From: Candidatus Thorarchaeota archaeon
GTDB taxonomy: Archaea > Asgardarchaeota > Thorarchaeia > Thorarchaeales > Thorarchaeaceae
NCBI GenBank assembly: GCA_003345555.1
Contig: PRDJ01000003.1
Span: 1 to 11,162 of the forward strand
Reading direction: 5' to 3'
Length of the DNA stretch: 11,162 nucleotides
Both the position numbers and the translations under genes were made by a program. The notes beneath the pieces were generated by a model. The model was not told the origin of the DNA. It was given only the letters and a program-made list of their open reading frames with translations, and searched no databases. Of the stretch, positions 6,659 through 11,162 are shown piece by piece; within the stretch, counting starts at the first letter, position 1; each line of letters begins with the position of its first letter.

Positions 6659-6800
6659 GTTACTACTTCCTTTGCCGTGAATCAAGTCTCTTTGTTTGAG
6701 GTTCAGCCCTCAAAGGGCCACATCCCGCGCGGACGTATCCGCCAACACAAAGGAATGACGTGGTCGAGATTCTTCAGCTGTCCTTCTGACTCGACCACGT
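6659..6800 (-). ncRNA. Candidate structured 5' leader of rpl15e (eL15-type ribosomal leader)
   Basis: TTTAAG TATA at 6823-6818 predicts a start near 6795-6800. Then an 11-bp hairpin (6800-6758), a GCGGA-UACG-UCCGC hairpin (6742-6729), and GGG-AUGU-GGCCCU-UUG-AGGGCU-GAAC-CUC (6726-6698). Confidence 0.55.
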
Positions 6801-6865
6801 TTTTCCGGTAGGCTTGACTTAAAGATGTAACGATTGAACTAGACGGCCGGGTCAGGTGCAGTATC

Positions 6866-7783
6866 CTACTTCTTGGCGAACTCTGCAATGACCTTATCGA
6901 CCGTGAGTTCTCCTATTCTGCTCTGGGCTTCGAGCGTGGACGATGCGATATGTGGTGTCGCCACTACCTTCGGATGCTTCACAAGTTTCCAGTCCTTAGG
7001 CGGCTCATCGACGTAGACGTCCAGACCCGCACCAGCGATTGTTCCCGCATCGAGTGCCTTGAGAAGAGCCGCTTCATCAACAATTCCACCACGTGATGTG
7101 TTGATTATGTAAGCTGTTTTCTTCATACGACCGAATTCTTTCTCGCCAATCATGCCTTTTGTCGCGGGTACCATAGGGACATGTAGAGTTATGAAATCGG
7201 ATCTCTCTATGATATCCTTGAGCTCAACCCGCTTTATGCCGAGGTCCTTGCATGCCTTACTGATGTCTACTACATCATAGGCTAGCACATCCATATCGAA
7301 AGCCTTTGCCCTCTTCGCCACTTCTGCTCCGATTCTTCCAAGGCCTACGATTCCTAATGTCTTCTTGTACAGCTCCGTGCCCTCCAGCTTCTTCTTCTCC
7401 CACTTCTCTTCTTTCATCGTGCGGTCTGCCGTTGGGAAGAACCTGATGAGCGAGAGCATGAGGCCAAAGACCAACTCAGCGACAGAGACAGAGGGGCCCT
7501 CGGGAGTATTCAGGACCTTGATGCCCTTCGCCTTTGCAGCCTCTGCATCGACGTTATCGAGACCTACTCCTGCTCTTACTATGAGCTTGAGCTTGTCTGC
7601 AGAAGCGATGACCTCTTTGGTCACCTTCGTTGCGCTTCTGACAACTATGCATTCGAAGCCCTTGATTTGCTTTTCCAGAGGCCCGTCGGTCTCTGGTTTC
7701 CTAACTACAACTGTAAGTCCCGCCTTCTCCAGTCTCTTCTGGGCGGATTCTGCGACGGGATCAGCAATCAGCACACGTACCAT
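6866..7783 (-). CDS. serA: D-isomer-specific 2-hydroxyacid dehydrogenase, D-3-phosphoglycerate dehydrogenase-like (short form, no ACT domain)
   Basis: Motifs VRSATKV, RAGVGLDNVD, GIVGLGRIG (Rossmann), LHVP, INTSRG, LDVY..EP and TPHIASST.EAQ. AGGTGA RBS before the ATG at 7783. Substrate specificity is not proven. Confidence 0.8.
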   Translation of the reverse strand: MVRVLIADPVAESAQKRLEKAGLTVVVRKPETDGPLEKQIKGFECIVVRSATKVTKEVIASADKLKLIVRAGVGLDNVDAEAAKAKGIKVLNTPEGPSVSVAELVFGLMLSLIRFFPTADRTMKEEKWEKKKLEGTELYKKTLGIVGLGRIGAEVAKRAKAFDMDVLAYDVVDISKACKDLGIKRVELKDIIERSDFITLHVPMVPATKGMIGEKEFGRMKKTAYIINTSRGGIVDEAALLKALDAGTIAGAGLDVYVDEPPKDWKLVKHPKVVATPHIASSTLEAQSRIGELTVDKVIAEFAKK

Positions 7784-7830
7784 GACTTTCACCTACTGAT
7801 TCGGGTGAAGGGAAACCCATCTCAATCTGG

Positions 7831-7861
7831 CTTAAACTTGGCGACCGAACAGTTTCTTAAG
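7831..7861. promoter_or_regulatory. Back-to-back TATA-like boxes for serA (minus, TTTAAG 7836-7831) and the flavin reductase (plus, TTTCTTAAG 7853-7861)
   Basis: The only AT-rich TTAA elements in the divergent spacer. The plus-strand box is about 25 bp from ATG 7885, compatible with a leaderless mRNA. Confidence 0.4.
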
Positions 7862-7884
7862 GCCGAATCCACGATTCTTGGCTC

Positions 7885-8466
7885 ATGAAACGGCAGCTCG
7901 AGCCCTCTAATTCCATCACACCATGCCCTGCCATCCTCTTGAGCGTGAAGGGGCCTACTCGGCCAAACATCATCACGCTTGCTTGGGTGGCCAACGTATG
8001 CAGCGAGCCTCCTACGGTGGTAGTTGGTATCAGACCAAAGCGATACAGTCACGCTCTTGTGAAGGATGCGGGCGACTTTGTCATCAACATTCCATCTGCT
8101 GACCTGATTGACGCAACAAGACTGTGTGGCACAAAGTCGGGCAAAGACATCGACAAGTTTGCAGAGGCGCATCTCACTGCGGAGCCGTCAACGAAGATCA
8201 CGTCTCCGATGATTAAGGAATGCATCATCAACATTGAATGCAAGACGAAGCAAGTAATCACGTTAGGGAGTCATGACCTTTTCATCGCCGAAGTTGTGGC
8301 GGTCCACATGGATGAATCTGTTATGGACAAGAAGGGTGAATTCGACGCCGCCAAAGCCAAGCTATTCACCTTTCTCCCGCAAACAGGGGATTACTGGGAG
8401 CTTGGAGGGCAGATTCTGGAATCGGCCCCAGTCCGCAAGACCAAAACCAAGACCCGCGGCCGCTGA
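7885..8466 (+). CDS. Flavin reductase-like FMN-binding protein (DIM6/NTAB, COG1853)
   Basis: Motifs PCPAILLSV, NIITLAW, EPPTVVVGIRPKRYSH, FVINIP, CGTKSG...DKF, ECIINIECK and GSHDLFIAEV. Confidence 0.9.
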   Translation: MKRQLEPSNSITPCPAILLSVKGPTRPNIITLAWVANVCSEPPTVVVGIRPKRYSHALVKDAGDFVINIPSADLIDATRLCGTKSGKDIDKFAEAHLTAEPSTKITSPMIKECIINIECKTKQVITLGSHDLFIAEVVAVHMDESVMDKKGEFDAAKAKLFTFLPQTGDYWELGGQILESAPVRKTKTKTRGR

Positions 8467-8550
8467 TGGATTTCGGAGACGGTTCTTCTCCTGACCTCGT
8501 CATTCAGGTACAACGAAGTGCTCAGGCTACTGAGGCCAGAGACTGCCTGC

Positions 8551-9768
8551 TTACTTGGTTCCTTTGGCACTCACAATCTTGATGACATCGCCGTTCTTCA
8601 GGACAGTCTTGTCGGAAATTCTCATCTTGGTACGGGCATCGATTGCGTGTATGAAGCTCTCCATGAGGTCGGTGTGAATCACACCCGCGAATTCCTTTGC
8701 CGTTGTACCCTCTGGCACTAGGTAAACATCCGGTAGGACATTGCCATCTCCATCCGAAAGCGAGTTCGGATCATGAACCGGATAGACGGCTATCATGTGC
8801 AGGTACTCAAACACTGCCCGATTGAGGATACCCTGTACCCCCGTGCCGCCATACTTCTTGAGAAGGTCCTTCTTGAGCTTGTCCAGCTGCGTTCGTTCGT
8901 TTTCCTTTAATCTCTCGGGCTGCAGGATCTCGAAGTCGTCGTTCCCGGGTATGTACTTGATAATCCCTTTCTTATCCATGTCACGAAGCGCTTTCTCAGC
9001 CAGAGCGCTCACTGGCACAACGAGGGTGTCAGGATATGCCTTCTCAAGTCTCTTGAGGTTCTGTTCTGCGGTAGGACGATCGATTTTGTTGGCTGCGATT
9101 ATTATGGGTTTGGCCACCTTCCGAAGTATGGTAACGAACTTCTTCACATCATCGTCTGTCCACTTGTCTGCCGCTTCAGCCTTGAGACCTGCGTCTCTGA
9201 TTGCCTTCAGAATATGGGCCCTGCTGATATTCAGACCTGTAAGCTTCTCAAGAAGAAGTTCGTCAACCTTTGCAGACTCCGCTTTGACTCGTCCGGATAT
9301 TCTCCTCCAGTCTTTCTGGACTACTGAAAACATCCACTCAGTGACCTCATCCTCGAGGAACTTTACATCCTCCAAAGGATCATGACTCCCTGCGGCAACC
9401 TCCTGCCCTTCGGAGTTCGTGGAGCCGCTGGTATCCACGATATGGATCAGCACATCCGCCTGTCTCAAGTCATCAAGGAATTGGTTACCCAATCCCTTTC
9501 CTTCGTGGGCGCCTGGGACAAGGCCTGCAACGTCAATCATCTTGACTGGTATCATTCTGATGCCATCGATGCAAGCGGAGTTCTTCGGATTGTCCTTCAC
9601 GCCAAAGACCCTACATGCACATGGCGTGCGTACGTAGGTTACTGCAACATTCGCCTGTATCGTTGTGAACGGGTAATTGCCGACTTTGAAATCGGTCATA
9701 CACGCCGCGTTTGTGAAAGAGGTCTTGCCAGACGATGGTTTTCCAACAACACCGACGCTAAAGCCCAT
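8551..9768 (-). CDS. ychF: Archaeal YchF/OLA1-family (Obg superfamily) ribosome-associated NTPase with C-terminal TGS domain
   Basis: G1 GKPSSGKT, G2 YPFTT, G3 DVAGLVPGAHEGKGLGNQFLDDL, G4 NKID, and TGS domain with IHTDL. ATG at 9768. Confidence 0.93.
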   Translation of the reverse strand: MGFSVGVVGKPSSGKTSFTNAACMTDFKVGNYPFTTIQANVAVTYVRTPCACRVFGVKDNPKNSACIDGIRMIPVKMIDVAGLVPGAHEGKGLGNQFLDDLRQADVLIHIVDTSGSTNSEGQEVAAGSHDPLEDVKFLEDEVTEWMFSVVQKDWRRISGRVKAESAKVDELLLEKLTGLNISRAHILKAIRDAGLKAEAADKWTDDDVKKFVTILRKVAKPIIIAANKIDRPTAEQNLKRLEKAYPDTLVVPVSALAEKALRDMDKKGIIKYIPGNDDFEILQPERLKENERTQLDKLKKDLLKKYGGTGVQGILNRAVFEYLHMIAVYPVHDPNSLSDGDGNVLPDVYLVPEGTTAKEFAGVIHTDLMESFIHAIDARTKMRISDKTVLKNGDVIKIVSAKGTK

Positions 9769-9808
9769 TACAACCAACTCTCATACTGTGGAGTATTTCC
9801 TCACCGGC

Positions 9809-9824
9809 GAGAGATAAAGCTCTC
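9809..9824 (-). promoter_or_regulatory. Probable ychF TATA box (TTTAT on minus strand, 9818-9814) enclosed by a GAGAG/CTCTC inverted repeat
   Basis: The sequence GAGAG-ATAAAG-CTCTC lies about 45 bp upstream of the ychF ATG. Confidence 0.35.
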
Positions 9825-10135
9825 CAATCATTCCATCAGAAGTGAAGGTGGGCAAATCATATTGCGAAGAGAATCCACACAACCAAAACCTGCGCGGTCT
9901 CCGATAGGATTGCGAGGGAGCAATCCAAATGAGCTCCCATGCGTATAACAGGGCTTGGCCGTTTGTTAAGTCCAAAGATGTGACCAATACCACGTTTTGA
10001 CTCCATTAGTAATGGAGGTGTGTTTGGCCGCTGCTCGTATGTGCTGGACTGGTCGAGAATGGATTCCGGGGAGCCTTTCAAGAAGGCGGCGAATCCAACA
10101 CCCCCTTATATGCCTAGCAAGCGGAGGCTTCTCAC

Positions 10136-10576
10136 ATGGAATGGATGGCGTTCCAATCGGGTGCGTCAAAAAGCATGACGGAGCTTGTATGCGACTACAT
10201 TCTTGTAAGGAGACCATCCTTGCCGCGCTGGTGGGATCCTGTCGCAAGACCTCATGTGGCTGTCATAGTCGAAGACGCCATCGATGACTCCGCCGTCCGG
10301 TATTATCTGTCTCGGACTGGTTGTCCTGACCGGAATGGTCGTGTTCCTCTAGAAATCTCCGATATTGAGAGTCTTCCGGAAGGCTCACTTCTTGAGGTCC
10401 GATACAATACCACCAAGGCGAACTTGTATAGACTTGAACTGATAGACAATGTTCCTTGCTGGAGATGGGTAGGCCGTTGCAGGGGGCTATCAAGTTTCGA
10501 GTCTGAGATGGTTGATTGGACTCACCTGCTTGATGATGTGGAGTCCTACCGGATTACGGGATTGGTTCCCAACTAG
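10136..10576 (+). CDS. Hypothetical protein, no family recognised
   Basis: GGAGG at 10123-10127 lies 8 nt before the ATG, with TTATAT about 30 bp upstream. It fills an otherwise empty gap and has a globular-looking composition. Confidence 0.65.
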   Translation: MEWMAFQSGASKSMTELVCDYILVRRPSLPRWWDPVARPHVAVIVEDAIDDSAVRYYLSRTGCPDRNGRVPLEISDIESLPEGSLLEVRYNTTKANLYRLELIDNVPCWRWVGRCRGLSSFESEMVDWTHLLDDVESYRITGLVPN

Positions 10577-10749
10577 CGGATTACCGCTGCGTCACTATCT
10601 GCTGGACAACGGGGCCAGTCATGGCTTCTTGCTTCCTTCTCATTAGTGGTAACAAAGGACCTTTGTTGATGGGATTAAGACTTCGTGTAAAGAAGATGGG
10701 CAATCTCTCGTCAGCTATGTTCAGATGGCAAGCCTTATCAGAGTACATT

Positions 10750-10763
10750 TGAACGTTCTTTCA
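10750..10763. promoter_or_regulatory. ArsR/SmtB-type operator core TGAA-N6-TTCA
   Basis: TGAACGTTCTTTCA matches the CzrA/SmtB operator core, 9 bp upstream of ATG 10773. Confidence 0.55.
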
Positions 10764-10772
10764 ACTGTTCGA

Positions 10773-11114
10773 ATGAAGGTGACCTTGCTGCCAACCAAAC
10801 TCAATCAAGACCACCGCCCGATCCTGTTCGACGATACGGAAGCAGAGGCGGCCGTCAGAATCTTCAAGGCTCTGTCTGACGAAACGAGGGTAAGGACGTT
10901 GTCGATACTTACGATGAACAAGGATTACTGTGTTTCAGACATCGCATCAATGCTGAAGATGGACATTAGCAGGATAAGTCACCAACTTACGAAGCTTGAG
11001 GACTTGGGTTTCATCAGGCGACGTAAGTCTGGCAAGAATGCGTACTATCGAATCAGCGACGATTGCATCCGAAGTATACTTGGGAGGGCGAAGGAGCATG
11101 TCGCAGGAATCTAG
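10773..11114 (+). CDS. ArsR/SmtB-family metalloregulatory repressor
   Basis: Motifs FKALSDETR..IL, CVSDIA..L, ISHQL.KL...G.I...K.GK..YY.I, and an alpha5 helix ending EH. The track starts at 10725, but ATG 10773 is preferred because of the operator position. Confidence 0.9.
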   Translation: MKVTLLPTKLNQDHRPILFDDTEAEAAVRIFKALSDETRVRTLSILTMNKDYCVSDIASMLKMDISRISHQLTKLEDLGFIRRRKSGKNAYYRISDDCIRSILGRAKEHVAGI

Positions 11115-11116
11115 AA

Positions 11117-11162
11117 GTGCCTGTGAGTACTGCGAGGCAGAACGGGCAAGACGCGAAGCAGT
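11117..11162 (+). CDS. Possible 5' end of a gene co-transcribed with the ArsR regulator
   Basis: GTG 2 nt after the arsR stop, frame open to the window edge (MPVSTARQNGQDAKQ...). Too short to confirm. Confidence 0.25.
   Translation, partial: MPVSTARQNGQDAKQ

Noticed and set aside
8475-8534. Three 5-bp hairpins between the convergent flavin reductase and ychF genes
   Set aside because: Short, partly overlapping and without T-tracts. They could be termination-related but cannot be distinguished from chance.
9904-9926. AGG-ATT-GCGA-GGG-AGCA resembling SRP RNA helix 8
   Set aside because: The stem under the GNRA loop would be A-G, U-G, U-G. No helix 6, Alu domain or long GC-rich helix 5 is visible, and a stronger alternative hairpin exists. 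An Rfam cmscan would settle it.
8795-9948. 196-aa and 188-aa plus-strand ORFs
   Set aside because: Antisense shadows of ychF with atypical composition. The same applies to the shadows over FTR1, HD, JAMM, rpp30 and serA.
9781-10287. Short ORFs 9781..9993 (-), 9857..10081 (-), 9966..10247 (-), 9997..10287 (+)
   Set aside because: They overlap each other or the better-supported 10136 ORF, have weak starts and show no family signal.
1-11162. CRISPR array, IS element, integrase, tRNA or rRNA
   Set aside because: No regularly spaced repeats, transposase or recombinase motifs, terminal repeats or cloverleaf sequences were found.

Overview
Archaeal chromosomal window. Evidence: rpl15e, RNase P subunits Rpp30 and Pop5, a COG1325 RNA-binding protein, MvhD, archaeal-type YchF and TATA-box promoters. 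My impression is an Asgard/Thorarchaeia-like anaerobe, but that is unverified. Left arm: a metal/metalloid and redox block with a Cys-rich PadR regulator divergent from an arsenite methyltransferase (arsM), then an orphan mvhD, a possible small membrane ORF and an FTR1 iron permease. Middle: an HD-hydrolase plus JAMM metalloprotease pair converging on the rpl15e-COG1325-rpp30-pop5 piece of the archaeal exosome/proteasome superoperon, which here stops before psmA. A structured leader sits upstream of rpl15e. Right arm: a short SerA-like dehydrogenase, a flavin reductase, ychF, a 367-bp structured intergenic region, an unknown 146-aa ORF and an ArsR/SmtB regulator with a CzrA-like operator. Best leads: (1) the PadR-arsM divergon as a candidate non-ArsR arsenic-sensing system; (2) an eL15-type ribosomal leader RNA, possibly outside Euryarchaeota. 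No rRNA, tRNA, CRISPR array, transposase or in-frame Sec/Pyl codon was seen.
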